Below are positions 10,926 to 22,412 of a DNA stretch of 64,000 nucleotides, piece by piece (positions within the stretch are counted from its first letter, which is position 1; each line of letters opens with the position of its first letter). The stretch is from Selaginella moellendorffii. Its lineage: Eukaryota > Plantae > Lycopodiophyta. The DNA is taken from contig NW_003314316.1 of the NCBI RefSeq assembly GCF_000143415.4, positions 1,076,666 to 1,140,665 of the forward strand, given 5' to 3'. The position numbers were made by a program, and so were the translations under genes. Under the pieces are notes generated by a model. That model was given only the letters and a program-made list of their open reading frames with translations. It had not been told where the DNA came from and did not search any database.

Positions 10926-13507
10926 TGTAAGTGATTATATTACTATGTAGTTATACTCTAAAATATGGTTATATATGATTAAAAAACATAAACATAAAAA
11001 TATGAAAGGAATTAGTTACATTTTATGTTTCGAATATGAAAGGAATTAGTTACATTTTATGTTTCGAATATTTTATGTGATTCATAATAAGCAATGCTGC
11101 AATAGCAACGATCAAAATGGACAAATTTTATAAATAATAATAAAAAATATTATTGATAATGTCAAAAAGTAGATCATTTTAAATTTATAATTTATAAAAA
11201 TGACTTCCTTTTCAACATTATTTTTTGTTTTCTTAAGAAAATCTGTAGAGGACTAGGGTGGTAGTGGACATACCTAGAATATCCTTGGATATTCTTGGAT
11301 ATTCTACCATGTAACGGTTGCTATTCATTTAGATTAATATTGTATTTATAATTTATAAACTTTTCTAAGAACTTCTTATTCCTACTATCTGTGAGGGCCA
11401 AGTGTACGGCTACGATCTCGAGCTTGAGTTGCAGTCGTTGTGGGTGGTGCCGAGTCAAGCTTTTGCCATCATTATTGGTATGGATTGGTTGCAGCGCAAT
11501 CATGCCAAGTGTGCCTTTGAGGCTTTTCTCCCTTGTCTCATACTTCCTTATATTTCATCCATTCCTCTCACTTCCATACCTCTTCGTCCCTCTACTTCTA
11601 CATCTGTTTCTATTACTTTTGTTTCCCCACTATTTCCTCCTATGTTTCTATCTTGTTTTGCTCTTCCCTTTTCCGATCCCTCCAAAGATCTTTGTGTTGC
11701 AGCTGTTGACCGGCTCATGAAGGAGTATTCTGATCTCTTTGAATTTGACCTATCGTTTGGGGCCAAGATTGCCACACGTCATCCGATTCCAACCGGGGAT
11801 GCTCGTCCCATCAAGGTTTCGGTTCGTCATCGGTCACCCAAGGAGATCAAGATTTTACGTGTAAACGTCAAAGAGATGTTGGAGAAGGGTGTTATTCAGA
11901 AGTCGCGGAGTCCTTGGGTATGTGAACCTCATCTTATGACGAAGTCTGATGGGAGTATTCGTTTCTGCATCGACTATCGTCCGTTAAATGAAGTGACGAT
12001 CCCAGATGTGTACCCTCTTCCTCACACGGCTGATCTTTTGGATCGTCTAGGGCAAAGTCGTTGGTTCACCAAGCTCGATCTTGCTTCTCGGTACTGGCAA
12101 GTACCAATGGCCGAAGAAGATATTCCTAAGACTGCTTTTCGTACACCATTTGGTTTGTGCGAGTTCTTGGTGATGCTGTTTAGTCTGAACAATGCTCCAG
12201 CAACTTTCCAGCGAATGATGAACGAGGTTCTTTGTGATATGCTAGAGGTGACTGCTGACTTCATTAATGATGTCTTGATTCACTCGGAGGGGACGTGGGA
12301 GGAGCACATTCGTGATGTGTGTAAAGTGTTGGATCGGCTACGGGACGTTGGTTTAAAGCTGAAGCGGTCGAAGTGCGTATTTGGGTCCAAAGACACAACT
12401 TATCTTGGGTACCATATTTCTCGTGAAGGTTTGCAAGTTGATCCTGACAAACTTGTAGCCGTTCTAAAGTTCCCTACTCCGAAGTGTGTGAATGATGTGT
12501 AGCGTGTAAGCGACTAAATTTTTCCATTCTACTTTAGTCACTTAACCACACCTCCAACCACTTGGAGGAGTCTCATTCACAACCTCCATAAGTCCAATCC
12601 AGGACTTGGGACTTGCTAGCCCCGAGAATGGCATCCATGCCACTCAACATTTGCACTTGGTCCAAGTGCTCCACGTGTCCGATCCCATGACCGACACTCA
12701 AAGGTACCACCGACATAGCAGCTCGTTACGCTAAGGCCATGCCCAATCACCTTTGCCACACTGGTAGTCCACTACCACTTGCATCACCGTCTTGGCTCTC
12801 CAAGACTAGGCAAACCATCCGTGAGTGGTCATCTCAGATCCACTCCTTAGCATCCTTAGGATGCCCACCGACAAGGGGAATAGCCTTCCCCAATATCCCT
12901 CTGTCAGTTCCCACTAAGTCCCTTTCTGCCCCTGGCCGTGTTTGCCAACACTGCCACTAGATCGAGACCCACAGGCCCGACCACTAAGTCCCACGGTCCT
13001 CTGGGACTTCCTCACCACACGACTGTGTCCTTGGTCACTACCTCAGAGGACTATTCCTCTTCCTTTCCACAGTCTGGGCCTTCGGGACAACATTTCGGAA
13101 CACCGTGGCCTTACGCGAGCCACCTGGGTACTCTCCTCGCCTTTCGCCTTTAGGTGCTCTAGCCATGGGCTTAGAGCGAGGTTCCGTTGAGCCACGACAG
13201 GTGTCCAAGTAGGTAGTGCCACCCACACTTGGACTGGGAGCATCGGCCAGTCGATCTCCCGGGGGAACTAGAGCCGGCTCTTGAACACTTCACCAAGCTA
13301 CCCCACTTGTCCGTCTGTGTTCACTCTAGTCTTGGACTTCCCAGTGGGCAGCTCCTCACCCAACACTGGGTCCGGCCTTCCTGGGCCAAACTGGCCTTTC
13401 CTGGCCAAACTGGCTCCACTGCAGTCCTCCCCCTACTATACTTTTGGAGCTCACCAAACCCCCCAGGGTCTGGGAGACGAACGCTTTGGGCTTTCACCCT
13501 CTCAGGC

Positions 13508-13614
13508 TCCGGACTCGGCCTCGGACTCGGACTCGGACTCGGACTCAGATTCGGACTCGGACTCGGGCTCGGGCTCAGTCTCGGCCTTGGCCTCGGTCTC
13601 GGTCTCGGTCCCGA

Positions 13615-13646
<32 letters not shown>

Positions 13647-14180
13647 CCGGTCTCGGTCTCGACTTCGGACTCCATCTCGGACTCCATCTCGGACTCCATC
13701 TCGGACTCCATCTCGGACTCCATCTCGGGTCCATCTCGGGTCCATCTCGGACTCCATCTCGGACTCCATCTCGGGTCCATCTCGGACTCCATCTTGGACT
13801 CCATTTCGGGTCCATCTCGGACTCCATCTCGGACTCCATTTCGGGTCCATCTCGGGTCCACCTCGGACTCCATCTCGGACTCCATCTCGGACTCCATCTC
13901 GGGTCCATCTCGGGTCCATCTCGGACTCCACTTCGGACTCCATCTCGGACTCCATCTCGGGTCCATCTCGGACTCCACTTCGGACTCCAACTCGGGTCCA
14001 TCTCGGACTCCACTTCGGACTCCAACTCGGGTCCATCTCGGACTCCACTTCGGACTCCAACTCGGGTCCATCTCGGACTCCACTTCGGACTCCAACTCGG
14101 GTCCATCTCGGACTCCACTTCGGACTCCAACTCGGGTCCATCTCGGACTCCACTTCGGACTCCAACTCGAGTCCATCTTG
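13508..14180. repeat. Compound tandem array in the B LTR (GGACTC and GGTCTC 6-mers, CTCGGACTCCAT 12-mer, 36-mer); present in all six B LTRs
   Basis: Directly visible. Counterparts at ~19565-20050, 22645-23020, 28300-28645, 30715-31180 and 36565-36980. Confidence 0.95.
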
Positions 14181-14525
14181 GACACTCCCACGTGTCATGT
14201 GTTGGTCCTTTTGGGTCCCTTTTTGGAGCCTCGCCTTTTGCTCGCTTCGTGCTCGTTCCTCGAGCACTTCGTTGGGAGTTCCACTCCCACTCTTGACTTT
14301 TCAAGTCGGAGCTTTTGGTCCAAACGTGTTACGCTCGTTTGGCTCTCGCTTCGGCCACTACCATGTGGCGCCCTTCTGGCTCCACTTTGGGGCCTAGGGA
14401 TTTTGTGTCTCACAACTCCACCACCCATAGACGAAGTTCGATGTCCTCATCGAACGGTAAACCATTTTTTAAAGTAACACTCACATGTGTTACCATTTCC
14501 ATCCTTGGCACCTAGCCAATATTTG

Positions 14526-14650
14526 TCAATGGTTTGACATTGAAGGCTCACCATGCCTTCTCCATATTCGTCAATGGTTTGACATTGAAGGCTCACCATG
14601 CCTTTTCCATATGCCTCAATGGTTTGACACCAAAGGCTCACCATGCCTTG
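14526..14650. repeat. 45-bp tandem repeat (about 3 copies) next to the PPT of family B
   Basis: TCAATGGTTTGAC..GGCTCACCATGCC recurs at 14526, 14571 and 14616; also present in B2 and B3. Confidence 0.85.
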
Positions 14651-17600
14651 CCTATCCTCTAAGGAGGGTAGTCTCTCCAACTTAGAGACTGATTGGACCA
14701 CATATAGTGGTTCTCTCCTTTTATTGGTTTAGTTCTCGCTAAACTTCTTAGAGACCCTTCTCTAAGTCAATCCCGCTACTCCTTCTCGAGTAGTCTCAAT
14801 TTCCATCTATTGAACGTTTGCACCTTGGAACTTTTACTCTTTTGACTTTTTGGAAGTCAATTTCCTAGGTGTCTCCAACACCTTGCATTGCACAGATTGT
14901 GCAACTCCACTTCCCCATCCTAGGAAGTTCTCTACTCGAGGGCACCATCATCCTCTCTTCTATTTCGTGCCAAAGTTCCAGTTATCATACTTTGTGCTAG
15001 GGCTGTTCATGGCCCTATCATTTGGCTACCTTACCGCTCCCTCCCTTGGAGCTTCCACTTTCGCCAAATCGGAGCATTTCGGAATCCCTCCTTGGAAACA
15101 CACTTCCTTTCCCGCAACTTGTTAGTGTCCAACACATTAGTGTTCCTCGCCTAACTTTGTCACTTGGATTCCTTCCAAGGGATTCCATGGCCCTATCTTG
15201 GCCACTCATCTTTTGCTCCTATCCGTTGATTGTTGCACTAAGCAACATCGAATCTCTACCTCCCTTCTTGAGGTATTGTTTCGGTTCCATAGCAAAGACT
15301 CTTCTTTGCCAAGTCCGGAGGATGTTCACCCCTAGTATGTCTCTTTAGCATCTTCTGCTATGGGCTCTATCCACGGCCCAACTTCGTGACCCTCCCATGG
15401 GTCTTTTATAGAGACTACTTTCCTCGGACTCACTATGCCATCGCACGGACATAGTTTATTTCCCTTAGGTGCTCTTCCCACTTGGTCATCACGACCAAGC
15501 CACACCACCTTAAACAGTTCAATTTCAACATTTTGAACCAGGAACTTCGTTCCTTAGCCAACCAAGGACCTTGTCCTTATCTGGCCATAAGATCACCTAG
15601 TGATCTCACCTTGGCACCTTAACAGAGTTGCCAAGAGGTACTTGGTCTTCTAGACCTCCAAGTTGTTGACTATAACCCCGGGGGCATCCCCCACACTTGG
15701 CGGTGCACCCAAGCCAGCCCTTACGGCCAAGGGTTCATAGCAACTGAGATTAGGTGTCCCCATCTCACTCACCACGACCTTGGTGCCACTTGCACCAAAG
15801 CGTTCAAGTTAGATATGCTAAGCTTTCACACTAAGCAATCTAACCGTGCATCACGACTCCGAGGCATCCCTCGCTTGGCGGTGTGCCCAAACCAGTCTCC
15901 CCACTGAGAGTCCATGACCACCGAAATATGAGTGTCCTCATATTCCAAACCATCACCACGCCCTAGTGATTTGGGACTCGAACCCAAGCACTAGAGGGTC
16001 GGGACTCGAACCCAACCTCCGTATATGCATCTACGGACGGCATCACACAAGATGCCTGGCGTGACTCCCCACGCCGGTGCACCAACTTATTTTTAAAGCG
16101 CGCTACAGATCACAGCTTAGGAATCTAATTCCTCCACACTGCCAAGTCCTCTCACTTGACATGTCTGTGATCATGCATGGACTCCTCCATGCTCGGCCCC
16201 ATGGCCCACCCTTTTTGGAGTTATCACCTTCAACTAGGGTATTTGTTCCCCCGACGTGCCAATCTCGCTTGGCAAGTCCTCCGACCACTGTAACATGGTT
16301 CCTGCATAAGCGTGAAAGTCCTTGACCATCGACTTTCGTTCAAAGCCCTCTCTTTGAACACTCGGGAACTACTTCCCTAACCTTGATAGCCTTGCCTCAT
16401 GGTAAGCTTCAAGACCACGCTTCTGCTGCGCCACTCTGATTTCACGCGTTCCATGAACCATTTACACTTGGCCTTTCTAGGTACTAAGCTACCTAGAATT
16501 GTCTTTGGGAACCTTAAAAGAACTCTGTCCCTCAGCTTGCTAAGGCCTCCCTTTTTGCAAGCCTTCCAATTGCCACATAGTCTAACATGGACAATTCCAT
16601 ATTTTAGACTTTACATGGCATCACGGTTGCTAGCGGCAACACCCTCGAGCCCCCACTTGATTCTCCACTCCCAGCTGGCATAACCAACCTTGGTTATGCC
16701 CTTTGATTCCTATGGTTCGGTTTTATCCCCTTACTTCTTGCTTTTTGGCTTCACACCTTTCCTTTGGTCATTCTCCTCCAGACCAGGAGGATAGCTTTGC
16801 ACTTTCTATCATGCTTTAGCAAGTATTCTTAGGGATGAACCTACCCAATAGCGTAGGGAGTGGTTCCTCAATCCGGGTATGCTCACCTTATAATCCCACA
16901 CACTGGGATTACATTGTTGCTTATGGGCCTTTACATGCCCATCACTAGCCTTGCCAAAATTCCATTTTTGGCTTTGTCCAACTCGGGTAGACAGTCCTCT
17001 CCTGTCTCCGCAACCTTGGACATTTGGATAGCACCTTCTATCCATCATTCGCTAGGGACTTAGTCCCTTGGGCTTTATCCATTGCCCTCGCGACATCAAA
17101 CACCACCTTCTGGTGTTCTAGAGTGTTCGGGTGTCCCAATGATGGCTTTCTTGACAATGAGTATTTCCTTTTATGACATTGACTTACTATATCGCAACAC
17201 AAGCAACTTATCCCCCGTAAGGGTATATCCAACTTCCTTATGCTATTAAGAAGTCTTGGGTAGCTACCTTCTACCCATTTAACCAGTTATTTTGCACCTC
17301 TTGCTTAGTTGCCTCATAGTTGTCAAGTCCTACAACTCATTGCTTGGTGCTTTCACACCTCCATCATTATCTGGGTCACCACACTCCAACTGCATGCTCT
17401 GCAGCTTAGGCTATGCTATTCCCATTTCCATTGGGATTCCTTTGGCAAGGGGTTCTCATGAACCCACCAACATAGCCTCAAGGTATCACACCTTGGCACA
17501 TTTGGTGTCTCCACACCATCGGCTCCACGAGCCTACCTCTATGACATTTCCCTTTCGTGTCTAAGTCTTTGCCAAGACCAACACCGCTCTTTCTCATGCC

Positions 17601-19485
17601 AACCATCCGTTAGCATTGCACCATAGAGGTCACACACAACTTTATGTCGAAGTTGTTTTCTTCTGGGAACACCTTTCCCATAACTTTAGCATGGCACATT
17701 TTGCCATCGATGAGATACCCTCTGTTCTCATCCTTGGATCCTATGATCCCCCCCCATCCTTTGTGGGGTACAACACACCTCAGTCCAAATGCTTCCATCA
17801 GTCCTTTTAGGACCATCCGTTGACTCTACTTGAGTCATCCAGCAGTTTTGGACTTGGTTAATCCACAGACCCGTAAGGTCCTACTTGTGAGGCACTAGCT
17901 CACTGGAATACACTTCTTGCATTCCTGTCCTACTCAAAAGGACTATTTTCACAAGTGTTACTCCGACACTTGATTTTGTTCTCTGGGGGCAACCTTTGCC
18001 CCTTAGGACTACTTGTCCATATGATGAGAACACCAACTCATCCACTTAATACACCCCCAACTCCTTGGGTTGTTCCAGCATTTATTAGAGGTAGCCCCGG
18101 CTACCTTTTCAAGGACTTGAGTCCTCTTCCGTATTTGACCTCCCACGGTCATTACTTCTGGTCTCACATTCATGAGCACCAACCTCAACTATATGAGGAA
18201 AATCTTGTGACTCCTTTATTGCTTTGGAGTCTTTATCTTTCCCGTGATCCCAACTGTAGTTGTTTACCACAACTACATTAGCCAGTTTGCTAAGTCAAAC
18301 GCTCCTCTGGATCACATCCTCAACTCTTTGAGGAAAACCATATACTGTTCCCAAGATCCCAAAGTCGTTCCATTATTGGCCCTTTTCTATCCACCACCTC
18401 GTCTACAAGTTCACACATGAACTGTAATGGAGAGCCATGTCTTCCCGACTTGCTACTCCTCAAGGATAGGCCCAATCCTCGGACCTTCCGATGCCAACAC
18501 TAGTGGTGATATACTTGAGCACCAATAAAAGTCGGACTAAGGAACAGCTCCGATACCAAATTGTAAGCGACTAAATTTTTCCATTCTACTTTAGTCACTT
18601 AACCACACCTCCAACCACTTGGAGGAGTCTCATTCACAACCTCCATAAGTCCAATCCAGGACTTGGGACTTGCTAGCCCCGAGAATGGCATCCATGCCAC
18701 TCAACATTTGCACTTGGTCCAAGTGCTCCACGTGTCCGATCCCATGACCGACACTCAAAGGTACCACCGACATAGCAGCTCGTTACGCTAAGGCCATGCC
18801 CAATCACCTTTGCCACACTGGTAGTCCACTACCACTTGCATCACCGTCTTGGCTCTCCAAGACTAGGCAAACCATCCGTGAGTGGTCATCTCAGATCCAC
18901 TCCTTAGCATCCTTAGGATGCCCACCGACAAGGGGAATAGCCTTCCCCAATATCCCTCTGTCAGTTCCCACTAAGTCCCTTTCTGCCCCTGGCCGTGTTT
19001 GCCAACACTGCCACTAGATCGAGACCCACAGGCCCGACCACTAAGTCCCACGGTCCTCTGGGACTTCCTCACCACACGACTGTGTCCTTGGTCACTACCT
19101 CAGAGGACTATTCCTCTTCCTTTCCACAGTCTGGGCCTTCGGGACAACATTTCGGAACACCGTGGCCTTACGCAAGCCACCTGGGTACTCTCCTCGCCTT
19201 TCGCCTTTAGGTGCTCTAGCCATGGGCTTAGAGCGAGGTTCCGTTGAGCCACGACAGGTGTCCAAGTAGGTAGTGCCACCCACACTTGGACTGGGAGCAT
19301 CGGCCAGTCGATCTCCCGGGGGAACTAGAGCCAGCTCTTGAACACTTCACCAAGCTACCCCACTTGTCCGTCTGTGTTCACTCTAGTCTTGGACTTCCCA
19401 GTGGGCAGCTCCTCACCCAACACTGGGTCCGGCCTTCCTGGGCCAAACTGGCCTTTCCTGGCCAAACTGGCTCCACTGCAGTCCT

Positions 19486-19556
19486 CCCCCTACTATACTT
19501 TTGGAGCTCACCAAACCCCCCAGGGTCTGGGAGACGAACGCTTTGGGCTTTCACCC
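19486..19556 (-). promoter_or_regulatory. rDNA-IGS-like, putative Pol I promoter module in the 5' LTR of B1
   Basis: Minus strand GGGTGAAAGCCCAAAGCG-N41-TATAGTAGGGGG. Same module at 13429-13499, 30641-30711 and 36488-36558; at 28666-28746 (+) with a longer G-run spacer; TIS-like motif alone at 23055-23064. Confidence 0.6.
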
Positions 19557-19671
19557 TCTCAGGCTCCGGACTCGGCCTCGGACTCGGACTCGGACTCGGA
19601 CTCAGATTCGGACTCGGACTCGGGCTCGGGCTCAGTCTCGGCCTTGGCCTCGGTCTCGGTCTCGGTCCCGA

Positions 19672-19703
<32 letters not shown>

Positions 19704-22412
19704 CCGGTCTCGGTCTCGACTTCGGACTCCATCTCGGACTCCATCTCGGACTCCATCTCGGACTCCATCTCGGGTCCATCTCGGGTCCATCTCGGACTCC
19801 ACTTCGGACTCCATCTCGGACTCCATCTCGGGTCCATCTCGGACTCCACTTCGGACTCCAACTCGGGTCCATCTCGGACTCCACTTCGGACTCCAACTCG
19901 GGTCCATCTCGGACTCCACTTCGGACTCCAACTCGGGTCCATCTCGGACTCCACTTCGGACTCCAACTCGGGTCCATCTCGGACTCCACTTCGGACTCCA
20001 ACTCGGGTCCATCTCGGACTCCACTTCGGACTCCAACTCGAGTCCATCTTGGACACTCCCACGTGTCATGTGTTGGTCCTTTTGGGTCCCTTTTTGGAGC
20101 CTCGCCTTTTGCTCGCTTCGTGCTCGTTCCTTGAGCACTTCGTTGGGAGTTCCACTCCCACTCTTGACTTTTCAAGTCGGAGCTTTTGGTCCAAACGTGT
20201 TACGCTCGTTTGGCTCTCGCTTCGGCCACTACCATGTGGCGCCCTTCTGGCTCCACTTTGGGGCCTAGGGATTTTGTGTCTCACATAGCGCTTCTTGGGC
20301 AAGGTGCAATATCTCGGTCGTTTTGTGGATCATCTTTTTGATCGCACTGCACCGTTGCGAGCATTGCTGAAGTCATCAACATCATCTTTCATCTGGTCTT
20401 CAAATTGTGAGCAAGCGTTTGTGAATCTCAAAGAGCTATTAACGACTCCTTTGGTTTTGGCATATCTGATTACACTTGACTTTTTATTTTGCGTGTAGAT
20501 GCTTCTGATATTGGTCTTGGAGGTGTGTTGATGCAAGAAAGCCCGAGTGTGCCTGGTCAGCGTCATCCCATTGCATATATAAGTCATACGTTACAACCAG
20601 TAGAAGTGAACTACTCCACGATAGAGAAGGAGTGTTTAGCAGCAGTTTGGGGTTTCGAGAAACTTCATGCATATCTACATGGTTCTCGGACGTTACTTGA
20701 AGGTGACCATGCTGCCATTACTTCATTATTGAAGTGGAAGAACCTGGTTGGTCGTACTACTTGGTGGGCTTTGAAGCTTCAGATATATAATTTTGATGTT
20801 GTTCATCGCCCAGAGAGTTCTATGGCTGATGCTGATGCCCTTTCTTGAGCTCCTCTTCCTTCTTCGCTCTCTTCTCATGTTTCTGATGAGCCTATTGTTC
20901 CAGCATCTATGGATTTTCTAGACGAGGATTCTGTGCCGTCGGCGGTGGCTGTACTTGACGTTCAGTGTCCACAAGGCGCAGAGCAAGATCTACCTTCTCT
21001 TGATGAGGTTCGTGAGGCTCAAAAGATTGAGCCATGGATTCGAAGACTTTGAGATGCATTTGAGAATCTTGCATCACTTGCTGATGACTTGCTTTTTCGG
21101 CATTTACATTCTCAATATCATCTTGAAGATGGCCTTCTTTATTTTGTGGGGACGGATCTTGATGATCCTTCACAGCTAGTGGTGCCTTCTATCTTTATTC
21201 CGCGGTTTCTCCATGCCTACCATGATTCTCCTGTTCTAGGTGGGCATCTGGGACATCATCGTGTGACCGAGAAGCTGCATAGGTCTTTCTATTGGCCGGA
21301 AATGCAACATGATGTTATCCGATATGTGTGTAGCTGCATTTGGTGCCAAGCTCGTAATACTCCCCCTTGTGCTGGGGAAGGACGGTTAAAGTCAATTGCA
21401 GTTTCTCGTCCGTTTGAGTTGGTGGCATTTGATCTTATGGGACCTTTTCCACGGTCGACTGCTGGCAATGAGTATGTTATTATTTCTTCTGACTACTTGA
21501 CTCGTTGGGTGGAAATTGGTGCTCTTGCTAGCGCCTCTGCAACTGCTGTTGGATACTTCCTCCTCAATTGAGTGGTGTTCCAGCATTTTTGTCTAGAGTG
21601 GATTCTTTCGGATAATGGTCTTGTATTTATGGCTGAGGTATTTCATGTTTTGACATCTTGGTTGGGGATACGCCACACTTTTACGAGTGCTTATCATCCA
21701 CAATCAGACGGTCTAGTGGAACGGCTCGTTCAGACATTCAAAGGGATGATTGCGAAGTATGTGAACTTTCAGCATTCGGATTGGGATGGTTATTTGCTGT
21801 CTCTTCGGTATGCCTATGTCACAGGGGTGTAGAGTTTTGTTGGTGTATAAACTTCTATATGGTCATAATCCAATATTACCAACGGAGCTAGGTCTACCTT
21901 CGCGATTGCCACGAGCTCCTGATGCTAGGTCATGGAATCAATATTTAACGAGCATTCTTCCACTTGTCCGAGCAGAGTCTGTTGAACATTTAGGCCGCGT
22001 ACAAATGGGACAACAACGGCGCTACAACTCCCATCATTGTCCACCTGTAGAGTACAAAGTGGATGATTTGGTGTTAGTCCGTTTTCCCCATCTTACAGTA
22101 CGTGGTTTATCTATAAGGGGCTCCTTGCGTAGTGGAAAGGACTGTATCGGGTGTTGCGGCAAGTTGGACTGCAAGTTTATGAGGTTTAGCATGACATCCA
22201 GCAGGCCGATCCTCCGGAGATTGTGCATGTGCAGCGGTTGAAACGCTTCATACAAAGGGATCAGGAGCAGTTAATACCATCTATAGATCCGCCGATGCCT
22301 CCTTCTGACATTCCTCCAGATCCCGGCCCATCTACAAGAGAACCTTGATGGCCTTCCATTATTCTGAGAGGAGGGGATGATGTGAGGGCCAAGTGTACAG
22401 CTACGATGCCGT

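Larger units (their letters stand above)
12505..20285 (-). mobile_element. Family B copy 1: complete non-autonomous long-LTR retroelement
   Basis: TG..CA LTRs at 12505-14414 (3') and 18562-20285 (5'). TSD TAGCG at 12500-12504 and 20286-20290. iMet PBS TGGTATCGGAGC (minus strand, ~18547-18558). PPT GGGTGGTGGAGT at 14415-14426. No internal ORF longer than about 110 aa. Confidence 0.95.
11390..22412 (+). mobile_element. Ty3/gypsy element A, inactive; pol split by element B1, gag deleted, only LTR stubs remain
   Basis: Protease tail (IIGMDWL) and RT (RFCIDYRPLN, catalytic motif changed to FIND) at 11402-12502. RT end, RNase H and integrase resume at 20291-22330 with stops. PPT GAGAGGAGGGGATGA at 22366-22380. 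LTR start TGTGAGGGCCAAGTGTAC(G/A)GCTACGAT at both 11390 and 22381. Confidence 0.9.

Noticed and set aside
11243-11389. Possible solo LTR starting TGTAGAGG just before element A
   Set aside because: No second copy, CA end or TSD visible in the window.
13229-14477. Long ORFs in all six frames (SDSISD, RPRPRP, LGLHLG), repeated in every B LTR
   Set aside because: By-products of stop-free 6- and 12-bp tandem repeats; no domain signal.
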